IMG/VR virus record: IMGVR_UViG_3300032116_018935
Location: 1-44,661 of that record
Direction: 5' to 3' (one strand)
DNA length: 44,661 nt
Origin: a virus
Lineage: Duplodnaviria; Caudoviricetes
Of the stretch, positions 1 to 10,188 are shown one piece after another. Positions within the stretch are counted from its first letter, which is position 1. Each line of letters starts with the position of its first letter. A program made the position numbers and the translations under genes. The notes beneath the pieces are model-generated. The model ran no database searches. It saw nothing but the letters and a program-made list of their open reading frames with translations, and was not told the origin of the DNA.

Positions 1-85
1 CCAAAGTATAGTAGTCATTAGTTTCGGTTTCTTTTTCTGTCTTACCAGAAAAAACACTTCTTGGGTTAAAAATAAAATTGCTCAT
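1..85 (-). CDS. Hypothetical protein, truncated by the window edge (MSNFIFNPRSVFSGK...)
   Basis: ATG at 85, 1 nt after the stop of the upstream gene; frame open to position 1; translated by hand. Confidence 0.6.
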   Translation of the reverse strand, partial: MSNFIFNPRSVFSGKTEKETETNDYYTL

Positions 86-86
86 A

Positions 87-431
87 TTATGTCCATTTTG
101 GTTTTTGTTTAGGTTTCTTAATTCTTGACATGCCTTTAGGTAATTCTTTTTCAGATGCTGTTTCTTTATATGAATTATGTTTGATATGTAATGCTTCTGC
201 TTGATCTTCTGACATACGATCTCTATTTCTGTTTGCAAGATCTCCTATTGTTTTAAGCTCACTGTCAGACTTTTTAACAGATCCCATTATCGATGAGACA
301 TCCTGAATATAATCTCTTTCAGTGTTTTTGCTGCCGCATTCGCATATGGGATTAGAAATATAGTCTTTAATATAAAAAAATAATTCAAAATATGAATTAC
401 ACTTATTGCAATAATATGAATATGTTGGCAT
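87..431 (-). CDS. FmdB-family zinc-ribbon protein
   Basis: MPTYSYYCNKC...FE...CECGS is the FmdB N-terminal pattern; start at 431 overlaps the HNH stop (TAATG), so the 467 start is unlikely. Confidence 0.8.
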   Translation of the reverse strand: MPTYSYYCNKCNSYFELFFYIKDYISNPICECGSKNTERDYIQDVSSIMGSVKKSDSELKTIGDLANRNRDRMSEDQAEALHIKHNSYKETASEKELPKGMSRIKKPKQKPKWT

Positions 432-1015
432 TATGAAAAATAAGATTTCGGTAAATAAATCGCCCACTCATCGGGTATATCCTGTCTTATTCTAGAGATG
501 AACATGGTCACTGGCAAGTACTTGATATTTTTCATGGGCTCTTGCGGTAATTTAATAAGAGGCATTTTAGCTTGTTTTGGAGTTTTGTTACTTTTTTTTC
601 TATTACATCTGACGCAAGCGGTTACGATATTTGTCCAGTTTGTGGGAGATCCATTCTCATATGACCATATCGATTTTGGAATTACATGATCATAGGTTAA
701 TTCATCTATATTTTTTACAATTCCACAGTATTGACATGTATAATTATCTCTAATAAATAGATTTTGTCTACAAAAATTAACCCGTTTGTTGCTCAACTTC
801 AAATATTTGATAGTCTTTGCAACAGCAGGAACAGGAAATTTTTTACCATTCGGTCCTAATATATGATCATTTTTATAGAAATCTATAATTTCGATTCCCA
901 TATTTGGATTATCTTGATATCTAATAGACCATACAAGTGCCCTCTTCCAATTTATTACTGTTAAAGGCGTATAGTCAGAATTTAATACTAAACATCTACT
1001 ATTTTTCTGATCCAT
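431..1015 (-). CDS. HNH endonuclease
   Basis: VLNSDYTPL N-terminus, RDNYTCQYCG, TYDHVIP, NIVTACVRCNRKK. Confidence 0.9.
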   Translation of the reverse strand: MDQKNSRCLVLNSDYTPLTVINWKRALVWSIRYQDNPNMGIEIIDFYKNDHILGPNGKKFPVPAVAKTIKYLKLSNKRVNFCRQNLFIRDNYTCQYCGIVKNIDELTYDHVIPKSIWSYENGSPTNWTNIVTACVRCNRKKSNKTPKQAKMPLIKLPQEPMKNIKYLPVTMFISRIRQDIPDEWAIYLPKSYFS

Positions 1016-1739
1016 TTTGACGTTCCAGATACTCTAATCTAGATAATATTTTAGCTATAATAGGATTACGTACAATATCTGAAAAGTCAAGTTTAGAAAT
1101 ACCTATTCCTGGCACATTATCAAGAGCATTGCTCATGTCGTAAAACCCGCCCTGAGCATGTCTGTGAAGATCAGACTGTGTAGTATCACCCGTAAGAACC
1201 ATTTTACTATCTGTACCTAACCTAGTCAATAACATCTTTATTTGCTCATAGGAGGCGTTTTGGCATTCGTCTGCTACTATAAATGAATGATGAAAATTTC
1301 TGCCTCTCATCAGTCCTAATGGTACAATTTCAATCTTGTTATTAAGTTTTAATGAAACAAATTGTGCTGTACTTATAAAATAATTTACCTCATCTAATAA
1401 GGGTAATAAATATGGATGCAATTTCTCCTCTGCTGTACCAGGAAGATATCCAATCTTTTCTCCGCTTTCTACTACTGGTCTGGTAATAACAATTTTTTTG
1501 ACTTTATTATCTAATAGATATTCCAAAGCCATACCAATAGCAATATGTGTTTTACCGCTTCCAGCAACACCATGACAGAATGTAATGTCATTTTCTGCCA
1601 CAGTTCTGATGTAGTTTTTTTGGTTTTCTGTTCTTGGCCTTAATCTATTTTTATAGCCGGGCTCTAAAACTTCACCGCCAAGTGGATTTGTAGCATCAAT
1701 AATTCTTTTCTTTTTGTTGTTTTTAGAATTTTTTCTCAA
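999..1739 (-). CDS. phoH: PhoH-family ATPase
   Basis: GVAGSGKT Walker A, ITRPVVE, GYLPGT, MRGRNF, DECQN, LTRLG, GDTTQSD, VRNP; TTG start. Confidence 0.95.
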   Translation of the reverse strand: MRKNSKNNKKKRIIDATNPLGGEVLEPGYKNRLRPRTENQKNYIRTVAENDITFCHGVAGSGKTHIAIGMALEYLLDNKVKKIVITRPVVESGEKIGYLPGTAEEKLHPYLLPLLDEVNYFISTAQFVSLKLNNKIEIVPLGLMRGRNFHHSFIVADECQNASYEQIKMLLTRLGTDSKMVLTGDTTQSDLHRHAQGGFYDMSNALDNVPGIGISKLDFSDIVRNPIIAKILSRLEYLERQNGSEK

Positions 1740-1762
1740 TGTTTACCCTTTGCTTAATAGAG

Positions 1763-3958
1763 TTAAATTAGACACGCGCCACCAGCACAACTAATTTCCT
1801 CTATACCAGCAGTATTATCCTCTGTCTCAGATAGTTGTGTATAATCGACTTTCTTAAAACTATTGAACAGATCACAGTAGATCTTCCAATTGTATACGTC
1901 TTTCATACAATAGGTTAATCTTTTAACATCACCATCAAAATATTTTCCTGAAAAGTTTTTCATCTTTGTTACAAAGACGAGCTTATTCTCATTATGATCT
2001 TTATTTGCTTGGTTTAATGTCACATAATCGCAGGCCGCCCACAAATTATTATCGAATGCATTGAGGGCTAATTCGATTAATCCAGAGCACCATAGTGCAG
2101 CATCTCCGTATTCTTTAACGATTTCACGACTAGTGTAAACAGTAGTAAAAGGAGCCTGTGGATAATCCTTATCTCCGCTTTGGGGAATAAGGCTTATACC
2201 AGCAAAATATTTACGATTATTATAGATATATTTTGTAACATCATCCCATTCGTCTGGTTTTACGGTAACTGTATTGCTAACATTATGACTAAGATAATCT
2301 TGTGTGCATAATGCTCTATTTTTACCAGAATTAACCCAATTTTTTTGTGTATCTTTTACTATTGATAACATTTCTACTGCTGGTAATTGATTTTTAGTTT
2401 TTGCTCCATCGGGAACTTCAACTGGAAATTTTATTATTTCATCGGTATTATTCGCTGACCATGCTGATTTGTCGCAAGCCTGCGGGTTATATTTCTTAAA
2501 GTGTTGGTATGGTGCCTCTAAAACATTGGCCTGTACGTGGCGTATGTAGCGTTTGGCGTGATGAGGATGAATACCGGAGCTAGTTCCCAACATACTGCTA
2601 CTGGTGCCTTCTGGTTTTAAACAGGTTACTCTTGCAGCCTGATTAATTTTTATTTTTTTGGCTATTTCTTTGTTAGTTTCAACTGCTATTTTGGCACCTT
2701 TTGTTAATACTTTTTCGGTCAATACTAGATCATGCTTTTCCATGATGCCAGTTAATGAAACTCCTAATAAAGCTTCTCTTTCGAATATTTTTTGACTTAT
2801 TTCTCCAAGGTATTCTAATGTTGTAAATCCAGCCTGTAGAGTACCTATAATAGCAGCAGCACGGCATCTTTCAAAGAAATCATCTTCGTCTTCGACGCTG
2901 GAACAATTGATGGTGGATAAATTACATCCTTGCCATCCGCTTTTGCCGCTTTCTTCGTCAACAGGCCACATTCCAATTTCAACGCATGGGTTGAAAATCA
3001 TTTCTGTTGATTCACTCCAAATGAATCCAGGTTCTCCGAACTCTTTCACACTTTCCATCAATGTTTGAAATTCTTCAAATGTGGTTTCGTCTTTGAGTAA
3101 TAGGGCGGAGTTATTACTACGTGCTCTTTGTGGATTTTCAATATACCAATTTCCTGTTTTAGCTTTTGCCATCTCTTCATCATCTGGACTGAATAATGCA
3201 AGGCTAGCAGAGCGACGTACTCCGCCACTAAGTACAGCATCACTACTATGCATGACTATATCATAGGCATCTATTGGTCTTAGTTTTTTTTGTCCACTAG
3301 AAATACAACGATCTAGTAAACCACGAATTTTTTCTAGACCATTTTGTAATGGTTCAAATCCTGGTGCTTTTCCTACTCCAGAACTTAGTGCTGTCCCTTT
3401 TTGTCTTATTTGAGAGTAATCAAATACAACATAGCTATTTTTGTACATTTTGAATTCTTCGATTGGTTTACTGAAATAGCTACTCAATAGTACTCCGAGA
3501 GCATCAGCCCATCCTTCTATGCTATCTTCTATTGTGTATTTGATGCCTATTGCATTTTCATCGATTTCGTGTTCTAGTGTTGGTAATTTACTTACGTGGT
3601 GTTTTTGCACACTAAAACCGGTACCACTACCGCAAAGAAGCAACCAAAAGCATTCTTGGAAAAAGCGTAATCTATCACAATAAGAACTTGTGCAATTATA
3701 GATTTTTGCGTGTCTTTTTAAAATTGGGTCACCACCAAACTGCAATGCTCTTTGACTACCTAGAACCTTTTTCTTATACATCACATCGTATGCCCAATCT
3801 ATCTCTTCAGAAATTCCAAAATCAGCATACTTGGTATGCATCATATTGCGAACTCTGTCCACCGCTTCTTTCCAAGTTTCTCTTCTATTTTTATTTTCTA
3901 ACCAACGAGCATATTTGCTTACGAATGTATAATTTTGAAGTTCTTGAAGAGCGGACAT
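1763..3958 (-). CDS. nrdJ: Class II (adenosylcobalamin-dependent) ribonucleotide reductase
   Basis: YNCTS, GSGTGFS, GGVRRSA, NPCVEI (thiyl Cys), CNLS, KPEGT, C-terminal CAGGAC; AGGAG RBS; no beta subunit nearby. Confidence 0.9.
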   Translation of the reverse strand: MSALQELQNYTFVSKYARWLENKNRRETWKEAVDRVRNMMHTKYADFGISEEIDWAYDVMYKKKVLGSQRALQFGGDPILKRHAKIYNCTSSYCDRLRFFQECFWLLLCGSGTGFSVQKHHVSKLPTLEHEIDENAIGIKYTIEDSIEGWADALGVLLSSYFSKPIEEFKMYKNSYVVFDYSQIRQKGTALSSGVGKAPGFEPLQNGLEKIRGLLDRCISSGQKKLRPIDAYDIVMHSSDAVLSGGVRRSASLALFSPDDEEMAKAKTGNWYIENPQRARSNNSALLLKDETTFEEFQTLMESVKEFGEPGFIWSESTEMIFNPCVEIGMWPVDEESGKSGWQGCNLSTINCSSVEDEDDFFERCRAAAIIGTLQAGFTTLEYLGEISQKIFEREALLGVSLTGIMEKHDLVLTEKVLTKGAKIAVETNKEIAKKIKINQAARVTCLKPEGTSSSMLGTSSGIHPHHAKRYIRHVQANVLEAPYQHFKKYNPQACDKSAWSANNTDEIIKFPVEVPDGAKTKNQLPAVEMLSIVKDTQKNWVNSGKNRALCTQDYLSHNVSNTVTVKPDEWDDVTKYIYNNRKYFAGISLIPQSGDKDYPQAPFTTVYTSREIVKEYGDAALWCSGLIELALNAFDNNLWAACDYVTLNQANKDHNENKLVFVTKMKNFSGKYFDGDVKRLTYCMKDVYNWKIYCDLFNSFKKVDYTQLSETEDNTAGIEEISCAGGACLI

Positions 3959-3959
3959 A

Positions 3960-4121
3960 CTATCTCCTGTTATGGTATAAATTATCTATAAGACTAAAAG
4001 TAGTTAAGAATCCGAGTATTACTATTCCTTTAAAAGACTTTTCTATCATCGGTAAATTACCAGTAATACTATAAAAAATAAAAACGCACAATACGATAAA
4101 GAATATTATTCTGTATGTCAA
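3960..4121 (-). CDS. Small two-helix membrane protein (53 aa), missing from the ORF track
   Basis: Hand translation from TTG: MTYRIIFFIVLCVFIFYSITGNLPMIEKSFKGIVILGFLTTFSLIDNLYHNRR*; stop sits just before the nrdJ start. Confidence 0.5.
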   Translation of the reverse strand: MTYRIIFFIVLCVFIFYSITGNLPMIEKSFKGIVILGFLTTFSLIDNLYHNRR

Positions 4122-4171
4122 TATACACCATTTATCGCTGTTGTGATTTGTATTTGTTTGAGATGTATATT

Positions 4172-4199
4172 GTTATATTGATCAAAAAAGTGTTGTCAA
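4172..4199 (-). promoter_or_regulatory. Sigma70-like promoter upstream of the nrdJ-phoH unit
   Basis: TTGACA-N16-TATAAC on the minus strand in an intergenic gap. Confidence 0.6.
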
Positions 4200-4215
4200 T
4201 CAATGGAAATTTAGA

Positions 4216-4986
4216 TCAAATATATTTTTGGTTATTGATCGGATTATGCTGTATGTATCGCCCCCATTTCATCTTTGCGTACTCATGACACATTTGTTCT
4301 TCTTGAGCTTGTTTCTCTACTTGTTCTGGCAGCTTACGGGATAGTGATACAAAGTGATAAAAATGACAACTGTATGTTCTTATTAGTTTGATATTGCTCA
4401 ATGAACATTTAAGAAAAAAATCCCAATCAGAAACAGCTCCAGATTGAGAAGGATAATTTTCATCAAATCCGCCTATCCTTAAACAGTCGAACTTTGAAAA
4501 GAAAATAGGGAATGTCGATCCTGTGCGTTCTTTTATCTGAGAAGATATTGATTCTGAATAGTTCCAAAAATTTTCTAAATCAAAAGACAATGGATCTCTA
4601 CCAAGATTTTTTATATGTATTTGGCGAAATATAGAAGGAAATGGTTCTATCTGGTTTACAGAGATAATACTATTAGGTTCATAATCGTTTTCTAATAGAG
4701 TATCCCAATTATTTGGAAAGACATTGTCATCATTAGCCAACAAAACCTTTTCATTAGTAGTATGATATACTCCAATGTTTGATGCTTTACATGTTCCAAC
4801 ATTGTGTAATAAATTTAATATTTTAATACTACTAGAGTATTTTTCTAATACTGTTTTATTTATATCGAAGAATCCATCTACTACAACTAATATTTCATTG
4901 GTGTTTTTTTGTCCAGATATTATCGAACGTAAACATAGATCTAATGCATCTGGCGACTTGTAAGTTGGTATGACTACACTGATCAT
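4216..4986 (-). CDS. Glycosyltransferase family 2
   Basis: ISVVIPTY, EILVVVDG, NDDN (DxD-like), IGGFDENY, SDWDF. Confidence 0.9.
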   Translation of the reverse strand: MISVVIPTYKSPDALDLCLRSIISGQKNTNEILVVVDGFFDINKTVLEKYSSSIKILNLLHNVGTCKASNIGVYHTTNEKVLLANDDNVFPNNWDTLLENDYEPNSIISVNQIEPFPSIFRQIHIKNLGRDPLSFDLENFWNYSESISSQIKERTGSTFPIFFSKFDCLRIGGFDENYPSQSGAVSDWDFFLKCSLSNIKLIRTYSCHFYHFVSLSRKLPEQVEKQAQEEQMCHEYAKMKWGRYIQHNPINNQKYI

Positions 4987-5684
4987 ATATGTACTATTTC
5001 ATTCCAGTTCTCAAAAGGAGCAAGAAATTCAGTTTCTCCATGAGTACAAAATCCGGGAACAGCGGTTATTAAAAATTCACGATTATCTCTAAGCTCAAGG
5101 AACATATTAAAGTCATGGGGATAATCATTGATATTTGTCCATTTCCTTAGAAATCTTTCAGATCTTTTAAGAGTGGAAACTTTAGATGCAAAAGTCATTG
5201 TTGTAGAATTCGTAAGTTTCCAATGAGAAGATCTAGTAAGAAATAACCTAGTAAGTTCGGATCCTCCAGAACAATATGGATTTCCTCCATTAGAAGGGTC
5301 TTTGTATTTGTCTGGATGATCATATAAAGAAACAAAAGAAAAACCTAAATCAAAACCTTCTTTTAAGATCACATCAGATCCTTGCTTATGAACATAATCA
5401 TTTTCAACAAAATAAATAATTTCATCATTATCATATTGTAGAGCTTGATTAAGAGCTAAATTAAATGTTCCCGCTCCATGTCCGACAGAAACAGATTCTA
5501 TTTTTGAACTGTCAATATATTGCAATATCATTTGATATGTATTACCACAAACATTATCTGCAATAATCATAATATCAGAATTTGAAAATACATTACAAAA
5601 ATTTTTAAGACAATTTTCGTTATTTATATAATCTGGTTTAATTTTTTTATATCCAGAATCAGAAATACGATAGATAATTTTCAT
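4983..5684 (-). CDS. GT-A fold glycosyltransferase-like protein
   Basis: IIYFVENDYVH metal-binding-type motif, VSLYDHPDKY; lies between two GT2 genes. Confidence 0.6.
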   Translation of the reverse strand: MKIIYRISDSGYKKIKPDYINNENCLKNFCNVFSNSDIMIIADNVCGNTYQMILQYIDSSKIESVSVGHGAGTFNLALNQALQYDNDEIIYFVENDYVHKQGSDVILKEGFDLGFSFVSLYDHPDKYKDPSNGGNPYCSGGSELTRLFLTRSSHWKLTNSTTMTFASKVSTLKRSERFLRKWTNINDYPHDFNMFLELRDNREFLITAVPGFCTHGETEFLAPFENWNEIVHI

Positions 5685-6337
5685 TTTTGAGTATCGGCTA
5701 AAACCTTATCGTATAATTCATTTTGATCTCGTTGTCTTGCAATATCTTTTTTATGAATAATTGCAAAATTTTCTAATGAATCTAGTCCAACAACATCTGA
5801 TGCTCCAATCACACCACAATGAGGTCCACCAGTCCATTGAATATTTTTTGTATTTTTATATAGTCTTGGTTGATAGTCTGGCCAATTTATCCAACCAAAT
5901 TCATTGACATGCCAATTCCATTTTTTGATATCCTCATCAGTTAAACCATCTACTGTATTAATTCTTGGTATATATACGAGACCAAAATTATTTTTTCGTA
6001 CAATATCTCTTAGTATATCAAAAGACTCCTCTGGATAATCTTCATCAGAATCTAAATTAAATATATATGGTTTCGTAGCAAATGTATTCATATGATTCTT
6101 TAGAGAAGGAAAAGCATCATAGTTATTTTGCATAAAATGATATGTTCCATAAATAATTGGATAAGATTTAACGATTTCTGTTATTTCTTGATACCAATTT
6201 TCTTTTTGTTCAGAAATTTCTCTATATGTTTGTATAACAACTATTTCTTCATCTTCTTGTAAGACTTTTGTAAATTTGTCTAGTAGAGTCTTGATATATT
6301 CTTTTTCATTATATACTGTTGTGCAATACGATATCAT
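5681..6337 (-). CDS. Glycosyltransferase family 2
   Basis: ISYCTTVYNE, YIFNLDSDE, IPRIN, WPDYQPRLY. Confidence 0.85.
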   Translation of the reverse strand: MISYCTTVYNEKEYIKTLLDKFTKVLQEDEEIVVIQTYREISEQKENWYQEITEIVKSYPIIYGTYHFMQNNYDAFPSLKNHMNTFATKPYIFNLDSDEDYPEESFDILRDIVRKNNFGLVYIPRINTVDGLTDEDIKKWNWHVNEFGWINWPDYQPRLYKNTKNIQWTGGPHCGVIGASDVVGLDSLENFAIIHKKDIARQRDQNELYDKVLADTQK

Positions 6338-6798
6338 GTTTTTAGTCTCTCAAGCCAGGTTAATTCTGTTTCTATATATTCTATATTTAAGCCACTCATC
6401 TCTATAAATAGATCGAATCTAGATTTACTATTTTCGTCAAATAAATGAGTACCATGTGATTTGTGCATGTAAACTTTCTTAATTCCTTCTTGCCACAGAG
6501 CCATTATGCAATCGTTACATGATTGTCCCGTGATATAAGCTATTCCGTTATCTGGACGTATGACACAATTTGATAGAGCATTTCGTTCTGCATGGATCAT
6601 CCAGGGGTATTTATCTGGTCTAGTATTTGGAAGTTTAGAATCGTCTAGTCCTTTTGGAAAACCATTATATCCAACACCAAGAATTCTGTGATTATTATCT
6701 GTTATAATGCATCCATGCTGTGTCTGAATATCGTGACTCCTAAGAGACACGACTTTTGCCAAGCCTAAAAAATATTCGGTCCACGATGGTCTGTCCAT
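6334..6798 (-). CDS. dCMP deaminase
   Basis: RPSWTEYF, GYNG, IHAERNA, SCNDC zinc ligands; MDRPSW is the family-typical start (track start 6843 overlaps the upstream gene). Confidence 0.92.
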   Translation of the reverse strand: MDRPSWTEYFLGLAKVVSLRSHDIQTQHGCIITDNNHRILGVGYNGFPKGLDDSKLPNTRPDKYPWMIHAERNALSNCVIRPDNGIAYITGQSCNDCIMALWQEGIKKVYMHKSHGTHLFDENSKSRFDLFIEMSGLNIEYIETELTWLERLKT

Positions 6799-6804
6799 AA
6801 CTGT

Positions 6805-6832
6805 ATTATATTGAATCCGGGATAGGTCGCAA
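6805..6832 (-). promoter_or_regulatory. Sigma70-like promoter, probably giving a leaderless dCMP deaminase mRNA
   Basis: TTGCGA-N16-TATAAT followed by 6 nt then ATG; no SD. Confidence 0.6.
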
Positions 6833-6833
6833 G

Positions 6834-9800
6834 TCATGGACAACCTAATCCACTACATCTACCAATGACCGTGCCCTCATTATATGACGGAGGAAAGAAA
6901 TATGCATCACCGTATACTGTTCCTCTGTTTATTGATGGTATCAAAGACCCATTTGCTCCATCTGTATTTTTAAAATAACCATTGCCTTGAATTATACCAT
7001 CATTGTAAGATCCATAAAATGTTCCACTACTCATTAATATTCCTTGGTTAATAGATGAATCAATAAATATGGCATGCCCGGCCACTACTCCTGTCATTGG
7101 TTGCTGCTGGTTTCCATACTGATCTATATTGGATTTTAGTCCATTAATTGATTCTTCTCTGAATTCACAATTATTAGTAACCGATCCGTAATTGGTTGAA
7201 CTAATAAATAATCCGCTACCATCTATTATTCCACTATTTATTGATTGATTAATAAATTCAGCATATATATTTATGATCGCAGATTCACCATTAAAAGAAA
7301 AATATGATAAAGATGCTCCTTTTGCTAAGGTTCCTTGGTTTTTTGATTCTGTCATAATAGAATAGCCATCCACGGTTCCATAATTAATGCTCTCAGAAAA
7401 TAAAATAGAGTTAATATCATTTTTTATAGTTCCAAAATTTATTCCGCCAAAAGTTATAATCCCACCATAATTGCTTGTTGAGCTAGATACTTCTATATTT
7501 CCAGAATTGACACCCGTAAAATTAATGTCACTATCAATTAAAGAGATAAGACCCATATTTATGTCTGTAAAACTAAAATCAATTCCACTAGATTTTATTA
7601 CTCCACTATTTACTGAGTCCGAGAAATTTATACTTTCTTTAATATCTTTAATATAACCATGGTTATCGGAGTATGTAAATATAACATTCTCTGTACTATC
7701 AATTATTCCTTTATTTGTTGATCGACCAATCGTAGGATGAAATTGATTAAAATAATTTTTGACCCCTATAAAAGAACAATTAGATCCACTTAGAAGAATG
7801 CCATTATTTACAGTATAATAATTTCTAAAAAATTGCTCCCCAATAGAGGCTGAGAATAAAGTATTTCCTACTATAAATCCATTATTAATTGCGTTATCAA
7901 AAAAATATCCCCCAGATAATGGACTATTGTTTATGCTTCCTTGCATAAAAGTGAAATGTATTCCAGTATACATAGAATTATTTATACTTGATCCATAAAA
8001 TCCTGCTCCTCCATCGCATTGACCAATGTTAACGGCACTATCAAAAAAAGATGCTGAGCCCAGAACGTGCCCCATATTTTTTGACCAATTAGCAAAGACA
8101 GGATTTTCAGTTATAATACCATAATTAATAGAACCTGATTCAAATAATGCCCCAGTTTGTATGACTCCGAAATTTTTTGCGTCTTCACTGAATGTTGGTA
8201 TTTTTTTGCAAATTCCACTTAGTGTATTTTGAGAATTACATGTAAATAATATTGTATTACAATCTAGCAGTCTTTCATTTTTAGAGTTATCACAAAAAGT
8301 TGCAGAATTTATACACTCTCCTCTATTTATGGATCTGCTATAAAATTCACCATTGCTCACCGTACCAGAAATAGAATTTTCTGATTGATCATAAAATGAA
8401 GCATTAGTAATTTTTCCATGATTTTTAGATTCATTGAATAAAAAACCATAATTTATATCTGTTAATTCAAGAGAATAATTTATTGTAGAATCATATAGTG
8501 CTACTATATAAACTCTACCTAGATTAATACTTTTATTTTTAAAAATACCATAATTTACAGTACTATTTAATCCACTGCTATTAATGCTATAATTATTGAA
8601 TACTGCCTTATCAGAAACTATGCCTGAATTAATAGTTCTACTATTAAAAATAGCATAATTGATTGTACCTTTATTAACTGACTGATCTTCCAATATTATA
8701 AATCCGCTAGAAGTACCTAGACATATTCCATTATTTATAGCATTTTTATTAAAAGTTGTTGATCCACTTGTAAACGAAATTGTTCCAACGTTAACTGAAT
8801 CTAATCCAAATGACGTATTGGATTGTGATATACTTGCAGAATTATATCCTGTTAAGTTAAAAGTAATGGTAGATAAATTAATATTTCCATAATTTATAGA
8901 TGTATTGAAGTTATATGTTCCATTACTAAGATTACCATAGTTTGTGGATTTATTAAATACTATGCTTCCACTATACATATCTCCATAGTTATTGCTATAT
9001 TGATTAAATGTTGCAGATCCGTCTAGTCCTCCGTTATTATCGGAATAATTGTCGAATGTCGAGGTTCCTGATAGTGTTCCGCCATTAGTTGAATATATAA
9101 ATTTTGAATTACCAATTACATTGCCATTATTTATCCCACTAGTACACTGTAAACTACCAGAAATATTTCCATCATTAGTGGATTGAGTATATATACTAAT
9201 ATTTCCTACAACATCACTAGAGTTTGTGGAGTTACTATGTAGTATTACTGTTCCAAGAATTCTATTATTGTTAGTGCTATTACCACTAAAATAATAAAAT
9301 GATCCAGAATTTATACCATTGTTAGCACTGTTGTCTATGAAATATCCTTCTGAAAAAGTTATACCATTATTGATTGATGAACCACTAAAAATACATCTAC
9401 CATAAAGTTCAGATTGCTGTGAACTTGTTGATTCATTATAGAAAGAACTATTTCCATAGCATTTTCCATTATTTTCACTGTTAAAAAACTGACTCTCTGA
9501 TTGCAATAATCCATTGTTAATTGCAGAATTTTTAAATATACATAGACCTTCCATAGTACCATTGTTGGTGCTGTCATCCAATATTGACGATGGTGCTGTT
9601 ATACTACAATTTTTTGTGATTATACTCTTATTATTAAAATGCGCTCCAAGCGGAACTTTTTTGATAGAGCTTGGATCATCTGTTGCTATATCTTCTATAG
9701 CAGAGGACACTTCATCTGTATTTGAGGCACCACCAACAGTTATAGTAGTAGTTATTCCACTAATATTATATGGTAGTATATTGCTATATAATATAGATGC

Positions 9801-10175
9801 ATTCGAAATAAATCTTTTTGATGTATTTATTTGAATAAATGGTGAGGTTTTTTGGCTTTGGGAATATAAATCAACCTTATACAAATAAATATTTTTTGCT
9901 ATAATTTCACCAAAATTCATAGGCTTACGAGGCTCATTGTCATTATTTGCCCCTATTAGAAATAAAGTATTTTTTACATTCAAAGATTTTATCCCATTCA
10001 AAGATTTATCTCTTGTTGGCAATAAACATGCGTTGATTTGGCCATATCCTGCAGGATCAAGGGATACAGTGGGCGGCTTGACTACTATTATATCTGTTTC
10101 GCGTGTGGGCAATGAGTCTGATTGATCAGATAAGTTAGAATTAGTGAACCATTTTGATAGATCGCAATACGACAT
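6834..10175 (-). CDS. Large Asn/Gly/Ser-rich repeat (beta-solenoid) protein, probable fibre or adhesin
   Basis: Dozens of degenerate ~15-17 aa repeats F-x-x-x-S-x-N-x-G-x-I/V from about residue 185 to the C-terminus. Confidence 0.7.
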   Translation of the reverse strand: MSYCDLSKWFTNSNLSDQSDSLPTRETDIIVVKPPTVSLDPAGYGQINACLLPTRDKSLNGIKSLNVKNTLFLIGANNDNEPRKPMNFGEIIAKNIYLYKVDLYSQSQKTSPFIQINTSKRFISNASILYSNILPYNISGITTTITVGGASNTDEVSSAIEDIATDDPSSIKKVPLGAHFNNKSIITKNCSITAPSSILDDSTNNGTMEGLCIFKNSAINNGLLQSESQFFNSENNGKCYGNSSFYNESTSSQQSELYGRCIFSGSSINNGITFSEGYFIDNSANNGINSGSFYYFSGNSTNNNRILGTVILHSNSTNSSDVVGNISIYTQSTNDGNISGSLQCTSGINNGNVIGNSKFIYSTNGGTLSGTSTFDNYSDNNGGLDGSATFNQYSNNYGDMYSGSIVFNKSTNYGNLSNGTYNFNTSINYGNINLSTITFNLTGYNSASISQSNTSFGLDSVNVGTISFTSGSTTFNKNAINNGICLGTSSGFIILEDQSVNKGTINYAIFNSRTINSGIVSDKAVFNNYSINSSGLNSTVNYGIFKNKSINLGRVYIVALYDSTINYSLELTDINYGFLFNESKNHGKITNASFYDQSENSISGTVSNGEFYSRSINRGECINSATFCDNSKNERLLDCNTILFTCNSQNTLSGICKKIPTFSEDAKNFGVIQTGALFESGSINYGIITENPVFANWSKNMGHVLGSASFFDSAVNIGQCDGGAGFYGSSINNSMYTGIHFTFMQGSINNSPLSGGYFFDNAINNGFIVGNTLFSASIGEQFFRNYYTVNNGILLSGSNCSFIGVKNYFNQFHPTIGRSTNKGIIDSTENVIFTYSDNHGYIKDIKESINFSDSVNSGVIKSSGIDFSFTDINMGLISLIDSDINFTGVNSGNIEVSSSTSNYGGIITFGGINFGTIKNDINSILFSESINYGTVDGYSIMTESKNQGTLAKGASLSYFSFNGESAIINIYAEFINQSINSGIIDGSGLFISSTNYGSVTNNCEFREESINGLKSNIDQYGNQQQPMTGVVAGHAIFIDSSINQGILMSSGTFYGSYNDGIIQGNGYFKNTDGANGSLIPSINRGTVYGDAYFFPPSYNEGTVIGRCSGLGCP

Positions 10176-10188
10176 AAATCACCCTGTA

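Noticed and set aside
1763-3958. Intein or intron in nrdJ given the nearby HNH gene
   Set aside because: The ORF is continuous, of normal length and has no splicing motifs; both HNH genes appear free-standing
6834-10175. Asn-rich gene as a diversity-generating retroelement target or CRISPR-like array
   Set aside because: No reverse transcriptase, no near-identical template repeat and no exact DNA repeats with spacers seen
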